A stretch of 62,930 nucleotides of DNA, filler included, from Octopus bimaculoides (lineage: Eukaryota): the NCBI RefSeq assembly GCF_001194135.2. It is 9 parts of 9 records of this genome, joined end to end, with 100 filler letters (N's around TTAATTAATTAA, not from the genome) between each part and the next. Parts side by side here need not be neighbours in the genome. Positions count along the whole stretch, not along the records: positions 52,601 to 57,237 come from NC_068987.1; positions 57,338 to 59,728 come from NC_069008.1; positions 59,829 to 61,514 come from NW_026365742.1; positions 61,615 to 62,930 come from NC_068991.1; 5 more parts are not named here. The stretch is one strand, 5' to 3'. The translations under genes were made by a program, and so were the position numbers. The notes beneath the pieces are model-generated. The model was given only the letters and a program-made list of their open reading frames with translations, was not told the origin of the DNA and did no database searches. Positions 52,610-62,930 of the stretch are shown here, one piece after another; positions within the stretch are counted from its first letter, which is position 1, and each line of letters opens with the position of its first letter.

Positions 52610-54380
52610 AGATTTGTATGTTTTATGTATATATTCTCATGCATATACTTGCATATCTAGACATGCTCATTTATATTTAAATGATAAACTTCTGGAAAGT
52701 TTTACACATTTTTACAGTTCCAGTGATGGATTGGATCTGTAGTCTTCGAATTAGCTTTCTCCTTTCTGGTTTTGAGAAGCCTAATTTCTCAAGATTTGTA
52801 TTTAGCCAGTGTGTTACATATCCCAGGGCCCCAATAATTACAGGTATAAACCTGAACTTGTAATCTGGATGGAGTAACTGTAGATTTCTCAATAGTTCAG
52901 CATAGGTGTTCTCTTTTTCACTGATCTTCAGCTTTATGTTAACATCCGCTGAGCAGCTAATTTCCACAACTGTGCACAAGTTCTCTTCTCTATCCCAAAT
53001 TAATCATTATATCAGGTCTATTGTGCTTACATTTTATTGAGGTCTTCACTGGTACATTTCACCAGTATTCCTTTTCATTATGAGTGGCTATGGCTTCTCC
53101 CATATTGTGGCTTATTTCTTTGTCCTAGGGATTATCCTTCCGACGGATTTCATTATAGAGTGTCCTAACTACAATGTCATGTCTCATCGGTAGATAATAC
53201 CATGATGACATTTTCGGGCAACTGCTTATGATGTGGTTGATATCTTCAGTGTGAACTCCAAAAAGTCTGCATCGGTTGTCACATTTTACGGCTTTTCCCA
53301 CATATCCTATCCCTTTTGTGCATCAAGTATTTGATTGATATTTCCTGTTCCTGGATTGCAAGCGCATACCCTTCAAAGTGGGAGGTAGTAATCCAGCTAT
53401 TCGTCCATGATAAACTGCTTTGATGATCGATGTTACTATCATCATGAAGTTTTCTACTAACATATCCATACATAGTCTTATGCTCATATAGGCTCACCCT
53501 TTCATCTGATGATATGTTGCGGTAGAGTCGTGCGACTTCTTTGGGCATGTATTCTAGATTATCAGACACAGAGTGTTGCTCAAGGAGGTGCCATCTAAGT
53601 CTTATGATGTTATCAACATCATGTATGCAAACTTGGTCAAGAGATGCACTTCGACACTTGGTGGTTTAAAGATGCTGCCAAAGGGCAACAATTTTCTTTA
53701 TTCAGCTGTAATATTCTTTAGTGACAAGTGTTTTGTTACAGGTGCCATTGTAAGATATATTTTCATCCGCCCCTAGATACCTGTAACATTCCTCGTCAGA
53801 TACAGGGGAGACAGTAAAATTATTAATGGAGATGTTACTAGTCTGATTTATAGTCTTTCCCCCTTTTCACAACCATATAACAACATTTATCCTGATCAAA
53901 CTCCAAACCTACATCCTTTGAGAATGTTGTAACTAGGTCAAGGCTCTTTTTCATCTCATGCATATTCTTTGCATAAAGTTTTAAGTCGTCCACAAAGAAA
54001 CAGTGTGTAATTTTGGTATTTCTGTTTCCTTGTGGACCAGTAAGATACCCTTCTGACTTCCTTAACATGAATGACAATGGGTTTACAGAAAGTATAAACA
54101 ACATCACAGAGAGATTGTCACCTTGGAATATGCCTTTGCGATATTGTATTGTACCAGGGATAATACAGTCACTCTTCCTGTTTAATTTTAAGACGGTGGC
54201 CCACGATGAAGTCAGGTCAGCTATGGCCTTGACTATTCTGACTGGAACTTAAACAAGTTGAAGGGCTTCTAGCATCCATGAGTGAGGAACAGAGTCGAAG
54301 GCTTTCTTGTAGTCTCGCCACATTGAACCTAGGTTCCTCCTATGCTCTCGTACCCCTGACATCATAGTTTTGTTGATTGG
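52610..54380 (-). mobile_element. R4/Dong-type non-LTR retrotransposon (RT plus CCHC plus restriction-like endonuclease), 5'-truncated and degenerate
   Basis: WRDYKKAFDSVPHSW; ITHCFFVDDLKLYAK...VGLEFDQDKC; zinc-knuckle relic CRLFGVHTEDINHIISSC; endonuclease NRPDIMI...TVVEISC...KENTYAEL...IPVIIGALGYV. Confidence 0.9.
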
Positions 54381-55126
54381 TTTCTCCTACTAAATATATA
54401 TCTCTATACCCTCTTCTGCTTAAATATGTTATAAATGGTTTGATGTCCCACAACTGTCTGTTCAAAATTTATTCTATTATACATACATGTATGAATGCAT
54501 GCATACATACATACATACATGCATTCATACATACATACATACATACATACATACATACATACATACATACATACATACATGCGTACATACATAAGTACAC
54601 AAATATACGCAGATACCCAAGTACCTAGCTAGCTACCTACCTACCTGCTTACACATACACACAGACACACACACATCTAGGTAGGTAGGTAAGTAGGTAA
54701 TTAACTCACCTATGTATAAACTAATTCTCATACATCATTACTCTACATCTGATAAGCTGACCTGCCAACTTTTGTTATTCCAGGCATAAATTTTCTGTAA
54801 GAAAAAAAAATTCCTGATGAATCTCTGAAACTAAATGAGAGCGCTAAATAAATGATTATCCAAAATTCTGACAACATCGTTTTTCTTAATATATAAAATC
54901 CGTACATCACTTGCAACAATCTCTACGTACGTACATACATAAATGCATGTATGTATGCAGAGTGGATGTATGTATGTTAGCATGTTTAATAACTGTAAGA
55001 CAAAACTAATACAAATTAATGCAACACTTCTACCTCCGCTATGCAACATTATTCGAAACTGGTGTTAGATTTCACAGAAAAAGTATGAACAATACGTACA
55101 CAAACAGACAGACACACACACACCCA

Positions 55127-55169
<43 letters not shown>

Positions 55170-55859
55170 TTACGAGCACAACACATACATACATGTAAGC
55201 GCCTATCAATACATTAGAAAATGAAGGCAAAAAAATATGAATATTCTCAACAACAATTATTATTCTACTTCTGTTGAATAATAGACCTGACAGTCGTGCT
55301 TTTTATTTCAGACTGTGAACAATCTCACTAATTTTTACAATAATTACTGTTGTGTATGGAACATGTGGAAATATGGAAATTCTGCTTATCTCAATTTATT
55401 CCAGTAATATTGTCTCAGCTTCTATGAATAACAGTTCTTCTTTTAGTCAATACTTTTGTATAATTTTTATGATTCAGCAATATACAAATGCACACACGCA
55501 CGCACGCACGCACACACACACATTACACATATGCACACGCATATACTCTGGACGTTGTGGCTACGAAGTAACTTTTTAATCATTCGGCCATATACATACG
55601 TACATACACACATGTATATGTATGTATGTATGCATTTATACATGCACACACACACACGCACACACACGCGCTCGCGCGCATGCACAAGCTGCATTCCAGA
55701 AGGTCTGAGACTCTTTTAGGAGTGGCAGATTATTATAAATTTAGGAGTTCTAGATTATTGTAATTTCAGTATATCATTACTAATAAGCTAACCTGCCACC
55801 TTTCGTTATTCCAGATTGAAAGAGACGGCCGAAAAATTGCTTTGAAAACAACCTACTAA

Positions 55860-56030
55860 ACACTGCTTTTGACAGTTGACAAGTTTACAGAATGCAGACA
55901 GGATGTGAAGACTATTTGGAAGATCACTATGCAATGAAGGTCTTTTTTTTTTGTTAAACTGGGCAAAAATGCTACAGAAATTTATGAAGTGCCCTAGACT
56001 GCTTATGGATTAACTTGTATGAAGCGAACT
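55860..56030 (+). mobile_element. Mariner transposase 5' relic
   Basis: gatcactatgcaatgaag...gttaaactgggcaaaaatgctacagaaatttatgaagtg...actgcttatgga resembles YAIKFCVKLGKNATETYEML.TAYG. Confidence 0.55.
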
Positions 56031-56099
56031 AGAAAGTCAACACAGCCATTTTATACTCACGTTACAGGCTATTTGTGATTTCTGTTCTAGTAGCATTTG

Positions 56100-56640
56100 T
56101 CAAAACAACCACCACTTGATTTGCTGATAATCATGCGTATTCTTGGTCCGGTAACTTGACTAACCTGAACTCATTAGCGAATGTGTGGAATATAATTAAA
56201 AAGAAGCAGCTCAGGGTTCTATCACACTCGAGCAGATTGTTTTCCTCTACACCAGAGGTTCTCAAACTTTTTGAACCACCGCCTCCCTCATGGTCACATA
56301 ATATCCTCAGCACCCTAACCTTATTTTTATGTGTAAATAGATATTTTATATTTTACTAATGTATATATACAATGAATCATTTGATATTTAATATAATATT
56401 ATATAATTTGTATACAATACTATAATAATATTATAATAAATTCATAGCGTCCCCCAATCCACTGCTTTCTTCCCAATGCCGTCCCTTTTCTCTGCCACAC
56501 CCCTTTAGACACCAGGGCCCATCTGGACCCTCTCAACGCCCACCGCGGGGGTGGGGGTGGGGCGGCAGCGCCCACTTTGAGAACCTATGATCTACACCAA
56601 CACAAATTCAGGCTGTTATTGAATCGAAAGAACCCTTAAA
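56100..56640 (+). mobile_element. Tc1-like transposase C-terminal relic, split by a hAT MITE
   Basis: FADNHAYSWSGNLTNLNSLANVWNIIKK (compare WP.NSPDLNPIEN.W..IK). After the insert it resumes as STPTQIQAVIESK (compare SMP.RIQAVI..KG). Confidence 0.65.
56253..56589. mobile_element. hAT (Charlie-like) MITE with 8-bp target-site duplication
   Basis: TIRs cagaggttctcaaac and ctttgagaacctatg. TSD ctctacac (56245-56252) and atctacac (56590-56597). Confidence 0.8.
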
Positions 56641-57337
56641 TAAGTACCAAGTGACATTTCGTGATTATCTTCCATTTTTTTGTGAAACTTGTTCTGTTAA
56701 TATATATTTTGGAAATTCACTTATTACAGTTCAATATTTTTAGTTATTCGATTTTCAATGGAAATAATAAATGTTAAGTTTATATCAACAAAATATTAGA
56801 AATAGATCAATTTTGATTTAGTGGGCGATTGAAATATTGCCGCTCGGACTTACCAAAGTTTTGCATAAAATTCTACTTCGCTGTGAACCCCCTCCTCCTT
56901 CTTTCTCTCCCCTCCACATAAATACACACACACGGACACAGAAGCACGCACATTAGTGAACAATGCAAGTACACGCTCACACATAGAAACTTATGCATAT
57001 ATGTTCGTGACAAGAATATATATTTCGTAGATATAAATATCACTTCATGCAGCCGCAGTTTGTTGTGGGGCTCAATGAAATAAAAAATAATTCAGGTATC
57101 ACAAGGGCAATATATAAATACAGAAAATAGTCTGAAGAAAAGACGTGAAAATAGATCAAAGTACATTACAATACATTAGAAAATATATATACGTATTTTA
57201 ATTATCATATGTATATGTATATGTATATGTATATATANNNNNNNNNNNNNNNNNNNNNNNNNNNNNNNNNNNNNNNNNNNNTTAATTAATTAANNNNNNN
57301 NNNNNNNNNNNNNNNNNNNNNNNNNNNNNNNNNNNNN

Positions 57338-58424
57338 GGTTCTTTTTATACTTCTTTTATTCTTCAAAATTAAGATGAGCAAAGTTCTTTCTTTAATCTA
57401 AAATATATTCTCCTTCATTTTCTACAATGCTCTTCCATCTATCTGGTAGACTTGCAAGGCTCTTCTTCCAAAATTTACTTGTCCGTGACGAAAAATACTC
57501 CTCCAGTATTGTACTGACCTCACCTATAGAATTCATATTTTTCCATCCAAATGATTTTGAAGACTGCAGAATAAATGATAATCAGATGGGGCAATGTCTA
57601 GTGAATATGGTGGGTGGGGCATCGTTTCCCATTCAAACTGTTCCAGCCTTTGGAATGTTATCCTCGTTGTATGTGGCTGAGCATTATCCTGATGGAAGAA
57701 CACCTTCCGTCTTGAAACCAAAGATGATCGTTTTTCTTCTAGCGCTGACTAAAGCCACTCAAGCTGCTCGCAGTAGATCTCCTTTGTTATCGTTTGGTTT
57801 GGGTTTATAAGTTCAAAGTGAACTAAACCCTCCATTTTCCACCAAACAGATAACAAGACCTTCTTTAGCATGGGCTGCTACTCCTCATTCATGAGATGTG
57901 ACAGCAAAGAAGAGCAAACATTCCCTCTCTGCGCGCGATTAGACTCGGAAATTTTGTGAGGAACCTATTGACCCAATTTTCCGATGGCACGGAGGGGTCG
58001 ATGAATGGTTGAATGATCAAATCCAAGCTTCTTTGTAAGTTCCTCAACAGCTACGATGGGATTTTGTTCCAACAGGGTTTGCAGGGCGTCCTCGTGGAGT
58101 TCTACAAATCTTTCAGGATGAGGCTCGTCTTCTAAGCTTGGGATTACTGAAACCACTGTTGACACTGGCTTACGCTTATTATCCGATCCCCATACACTGC
58201 ATTAATATTCCTTGCACTTTCCGTTGTGCTGTTGTTGCCTTTATTGAACTCATAAAGCAAAATATGGCGAATGTACTCCTTTACCACTTCCATTATAGCT
58301 TTGCAAAAATAACTGTTAAAATCGAACTGCACTCTTCAAAACTTGTACCAAGAATAAGGACAAGGTAAAATTACTACCTGCCTTTATAGCAAGTTGATTC
58401 CCCTCCGACTTTTAGGTCATGTAA
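57338..58424 (-). mobile_element. Mariner (Mos1/Hsmar-like) element with pseudogenised transposase at 57393-58293
   Basis: MEVVKEYIRHILLYEFNKGN..ESARNINAVYG HTH; EQNPIVAVEELTKKLG; WVPH region; FHQDNAQPH...HPPYSLDIAPSDYHLF (decayed YSPDLAPSD); ends IVENEGEYILD*. Has frameshifts and an internal deletion; probable 5' TIR next to TA at 58425-58426. Confidence 0.9.
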
Positions 58425-58889
58425 TAGAAAAAACCGCATTATTTATGGGATGACACAATATATACGAGGGCGTCTTTCAGTGTCTGTCTACCAGGTCCTG
58501 TCACAAGGCCTTGGTCAGTCTGAGGCTATAGCAGAAGGCACTTGCGCAAGAGCCGCGCGGTATCCATATGATATATATTTTACATATATTTGTTCTAATA
58601 CATATATTAGCATACAGACAATAATTATAATTCAAATTTATGTTAAAAGCTTCTTCGCTGTGTTTATAGCTCTCACCGAAGAGATGCAATTATCGTTTAA
58701 AACAAGTCTGCTGACAAAATTCTTGCCATCACGATTAATAATTAAAATCCCTAAACAACGCTGTATGGCGGGAATCGGAACCACGTGGTTGTTCAGCGAC
58801 CTTGTAAACCACTCAGTCCTATTTTGTTTACGCGTTTTTCCACTTTAATGATACTACTTTATCTAATTAAAAGTATACACACTTCGTGT

Positions 58890-58939
<50 letters not shown>

Positions 58940-59434
58940 ACATGTGTGTGTGTGCACATGTGTGTGTGTGCACATGTGTGTGTGTGCACATGTGTNNNNN
59001 NNNNNNNNNNNNNNNNNNNNNNNNNNNNNNNNNNNNNNNNNNNNNNNNNNNNNNNNNNNNNNNNNNNNNNNNNNNNNNNNNNNNNNNNNNNNNNNNNNNN
59101 NNNNNNNNNNNNNNNNNNNNNNNNNNNNNNNNNNNNNNNNNNNNNNNNNNNNNNNNNNNNNNNNNNNNNNNNNNNNNNNNNNNNNNNNNNNNNNNNNNNN
59201 NNNNNNNNNNNNNNNNNNNNNNNNNNNNNNNNNNNNNNNNNNNNNNNNNNNNNNNNNNNNNNNNNNNNNNNNNNNNNNNNNNNNNNNNNNNNNNNNNNNN
59301 NNNNNNNNNNNNNNNNNNCGTGCGTGCGTGTGTGTGTGTACGCGTGTGTGTGGGTGCACGGGTGTGTGTGCACGTGTGTGTGTGCATTTGTGTGTGTGTG
59401 TGTGTGTGTGTGTGTCTGTCTGTCCATCTGCAAT

Positions 59435-59469
59435 GGTTAGGGTTAGGGTTAGGGTTAGGGTTAGGGTTA
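59435..59469 (+). repeat. Short interstitial (TTAGGG)5 array
   Basis: ggttagggttagggttagggttagggttagggtta, read directly. Confidence 0.9.
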
Positions 59470-59639
59470 CTGCTTACTGTATGTTCTGCTTGTATATTAT
59501 TTCTGCACTGGTATGTGTGGTAGCTAATTCTTTACTTTATTTGGTGTCTTTATTTTTCTATCCTACACTACTGAGTACTGTGTCTAGAGAAATTATTTTT
59601 TGTATTCGGTACAATTTCTCGCAATTGTTTCCTTAAATA

Positions 59640-59728
59640 AGAAGCTTGAACCCTAACCGCATGGTTCCAGGTTCAGTCCTGGAAGTGCCTTCTACTATAT
59701 AGCATCGGCCCGATCAAAGCCTTGTGAG
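59640..59728 (+). mobile_element. SINE family A 5' fragment
   Basis: gcatggttccaggttcagtcc...cttctactatatagcatcggcccgatcaaagccttgtgag, then a gap. Confidence 0.6.
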
Positions 59729-61614
59729 NNNNNNNNNNNNNNNNNNNNNNNNNNNNNNNNNNNNNNNNNNNNTTAATTAATTAANNNNNNNNNNNNNNNN
59801 NNNNNNNNNNNNNNNNNNNNNNNNNNNNTGTGTGTGTGTGTGTGTTGCGCGCAGCATGAAAGAGAGAGAGAGAAAATAAATTGCTACTCACAACTCTAGA
59901 TATATTTTCAGCAAGACTTTTATTTTCATTGAATTTAAACGTCGAATTGAAAATCAGAGGTAATAGAAAGGTAGTGTCCCAGCCTATGGAAGGATATAAA
60001 AATAGAAGACAATCATTGCTTTCGTAGATGAGGGATATGTCATGGATATCATGAAGATATAAATATAATTATCAATATAATAACAGTGAGGTGAGTTTTA
60101 TTGAGATGAGTGAAGCTGACAAGGGATTCACTTAATTTACAACTGACAAATGCATGAATTCCACATGATCATATTTCTTTTGTTGATGGCACAAGAGAGC
60201 CTATGCAGTTCAAAGGAACTTGCAAAATAAGTAAAATATTGGCCCGTTTATATTCTGTTACTTTATCATAGTTACAGCTTTACCACCGCTTGTTGTCCAC
60301 AAGTATCTCACCGATTTAATCAGAAAGAAGAATATTTGAACCAACTGACAGAAATTACATGAATATAATCATACACATACATAGATATAAACCCACATTC
60401 ATACAAACGCATAGATCGAAAACAGTCATATACGCGTATCTTCTCACACAATATATTACGCATAAATGCACATTCACGTAAATACATCATCGTAAACACA
60501 CACACACATTTATTTAAAGGACACAATACATGTCTTTATGTGCTAGTAATAGTTTCATATGTTGAGAAATATCACAAGCATATTCTTCGGGCACAAGCTA
60601 CATATCATAACGAATGAATAAATTTGAATAAGAGAGAAAACGTGAAAAAGCTGGTAAGGGAACATATAGAAAACATGGAAGGTTAAGAAAACGGAAAACG
60701 AAAAATTTAAAACTAAGTGCAAAAAATAAGAAAGATAAAAATTAAAAGAGTTCTCCCCTTAGACCTTAAATTATAAGGATGGAAAAATATCAACAAGTTA
60801 ATCAAGGATAGGCGGAATTTTTCAATTCATCAAAATATATTTATAAATGTTACCGATATAAGAATAAAAGAAAGGCTACTAAGTTATATATCCATGTTTG
60901 AGTTTGAAAGCTAACAAAATAACGCATGCGTTTAAGTGGAAAAGAACCTCAGAAATCCACACCGTATGTTACTGGCTCAAATAAATGTAGGTTATGTTTA
61001 GCACAAAAAGCTCAAATCCTTTTCAGATCTAGGATTCCTAACTCTCTACTGAAATTTAGGTCAGAAATTTTCAGCTACTGAAAACGAATAAAAAAAAATA
61101 TTTTGAAGAATTGGAAAATCCTTGTTCTGAAGAGTAACACGTGTTCTACCCTTCGTTTGGATAATTTACTACTTCCGAAGTTCTGCGAGGTATGATACAT
61201 ATATAACCTGGATTCTATCTACAACATTCCCTAAATTTTGGATGCTTATTCGCATATGCAACAATCGCAGTTGGTAACCATGAAGTAAAAATTTAACCGA
61301 TTTCAGCTAACCGTACTTCGATACGAGAAAGGTTCACATACTTCTGCGCCAATAAACGACAACTTTTCTCAAAAGTTATTTTTTTCATATCTTCTACGGA
61401 ATTGCTTGAATCTCACTAACCTCCTACACTTTGATCCTTGAATCAACTTATCAATTTATATATAGAGAGACATACACACACTCTCATACTCACACACACG
61501 CACACACATATATGNNNNNNNNNNNNNNNNNNNNNNNNNNNNNNNNNNNNNNNNNNNNTTAATTAATTAANNNNNNNNNNNNNNNNNNNNNNNNNNNNNN
61601 NNNNNNNNNNNNNN

Positions 61615-61655
<41 letters not shown>

Positions 61656-61774
61656 CACACACACACATATATATACACACACACACATATATATATACAC
61701 ACACACATATATATATACACACACACACATATATATATACACACACACACACATATATATATATACACACACAC

Positions 61775-61808
<34 letters not shown>

Positions 61809-61809
61809 G

Positions 61810-62005
61810 TGTGTGTGTGTGTGTTTTGTATTTGTCTCCCACCACCGCTTGACAATCGGTGTTGGTTACTTTAAGACTCCGTAACTTAGCGGTTCGGCAA
61901 AGAGACCAACAAAATAGTGCCCGACTTAAAAAAGTATATATACTGCGGTGTTCCAGCATGACTGCAGTCTAATAATTGACTGAAACAAGTAAAAGATAAA
62001 AGATC
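61810..62005 (+). mobile_element. SINE family A 3' half following a (TA/CA) microsatellite
   Basis: ccaccgcttgacaatcggtgttgg...cgtaacttagcggttcggcaaagagacc...tgactgaaacaagtaaaagataaaaga. Similar 3' halves are at about 33590-33790 and 35565-35775. Confidence 0.75.
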
Positions 62006-62752
62006 GATTCATTATGACTCATCATCTCGTTCAGAAAAACAAAAAAAAAAAAAAACACAGGTAATATAAAGGAAACACTGGAAGCGCGAAGGGCGGCTTG
62101 TCCATATATCTCCTAAGCGAATAACAACAACCCTAATGAAAATCGAAGTTTACTTTAAACGCAATTCGAAACCAGCTGAGTCACAATTATCAAGAGAATA
62201 CATACAGGTATTTAGAGACGTTGTACCTGAACGCACACACATACACACATGTTGCAACATAGATATGAATGGGCGTATATCACTGACTGCTACTACAGCT
62301 ATAGATTAAAAATAGATATATTAATGAATGGACAACTAGCGTAATCTAAACATTACTTTTGATAATTTCGCATACACAACGGCAAGGCTACGAGCCAAGG
62401 AAAGCTAAACCGGCTAGAAATAGCAGCCAAATCTACTGCAAATACTATCCTTAACGTATTAAAAACAAAGGGATGTATTAAATAATGTACTCGTAGATAT
62501 ATTATACTAGAATATAACTGAAATGCTTTTAATCACAAATCTATGATTAAGCAACAGGTAACAATAAAAAAAGTCCTATTAATGGTTAATAAGTGCTGTT
62601 ACAAACAAGATTTTATATATATCGTTGCGATCATGCAAAAGTGTCCGAAGTCCAAAACGTTGCATTTTCAGAAAACAAAAAAATAACAGTTTCACCATTC
62701 CATAGTAAAACCGTTGTATTACACTTTGACAATTTTTTGATATCTTGGCGTA

Positions 62753-62930
62753 GGAGTGACTCTGTGGTAAGTAGCTTGCTTACCAATCACATGGTTCCGG
62801 GTTCAGTCCCGCTGCGTGGCACCTTGGGCAGGTGTCTTCTGCTATAGCCTTGGGCCGACCAAAGCCTTGTGAGTGGATTTGGTAGACGGAAACTGAAAGA
62901 AGCCCGTCGTATATATATATATATATATAT
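62753..62930 (+). mobile_element. SINE family A 5' half running into (TA)n at the window end
   Basis: ggagtgactctgtggtaagtagcttgcttaccaatcacatggttccgggttcagtccc...ggtagacggaaactgaaagaagcccgtcgtatata. Confidence 0.85.

Larger units (their letters stand above)
16050..61614. other. Eight artificial 100-bp contig-join spacers (44 N + TTAATTAATTAA + 44 N)
   Basis: Linker at 16094-16105, 33178-33189, 48456-48467, 49982-49993, 52545-52556, 57282-57293, 59773-59784 and 61559-61570. It is palindromic with stops in all six frames. Confidence 0.95.

Noticed and set aside
16094-61570. Recurrent TTAATTAATTAA motif at eight sites
   Set aside because: It is always centred in an exact 100-bp N block, so it is an assembly linker and not a biological motif.
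1647-62930. Numerous long ORFs in the track made of X, CV/HT, YI, poly-L, poly-D or RE repeats
   Set aside because: They are products of N gaps and microsatellites.
3012-62930. tRNA-like A/B boxes at many positions
   Set aside because: All are SINE heads fused to SINE bodies; none forms a complete cloverleaf.

Overview
This is an AT-rich animal genomic window dense in microsatellites, SINEs and gaps. The repeat content looks like an octopus (coleoid cephalopod) draft assembly, but that is an inference. The only confidently identified host gene is the 3' part of the chaperonin subunit CCT7 (TCP-1 eta): three minus-strand exons at 44809-44960, 41463-41651 and 39539-39747 (stop included). I did not find its 5' exons. 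An unidentified plus-strand terminal exon sits at 49410-49540. The rest is mostly transposon debris: a Penelope-like element (RT plus GIY-YIG), several RTE-clade LINEs (old relics and a young family), an R4/Dong-type RLE LINE, mariner and Tc1 relics, hAT, piggyBac and pogo-type MITEs, two fold-back elements and several tRNA-derived SINE families. Eight 100-bp gaps carry an artificial TTAATTAATTAA linker marking contig joins, so long-range order is uncertain. The most interesting unannotated signals are two minus-strand type I hammerhead-ribozyme-like motifs with non-canonical cores (28720-28756, A6U; 36432-36479, U4C plus A14U). A third, heavily decayed candidate lies in the 3' region of the Penelope element.
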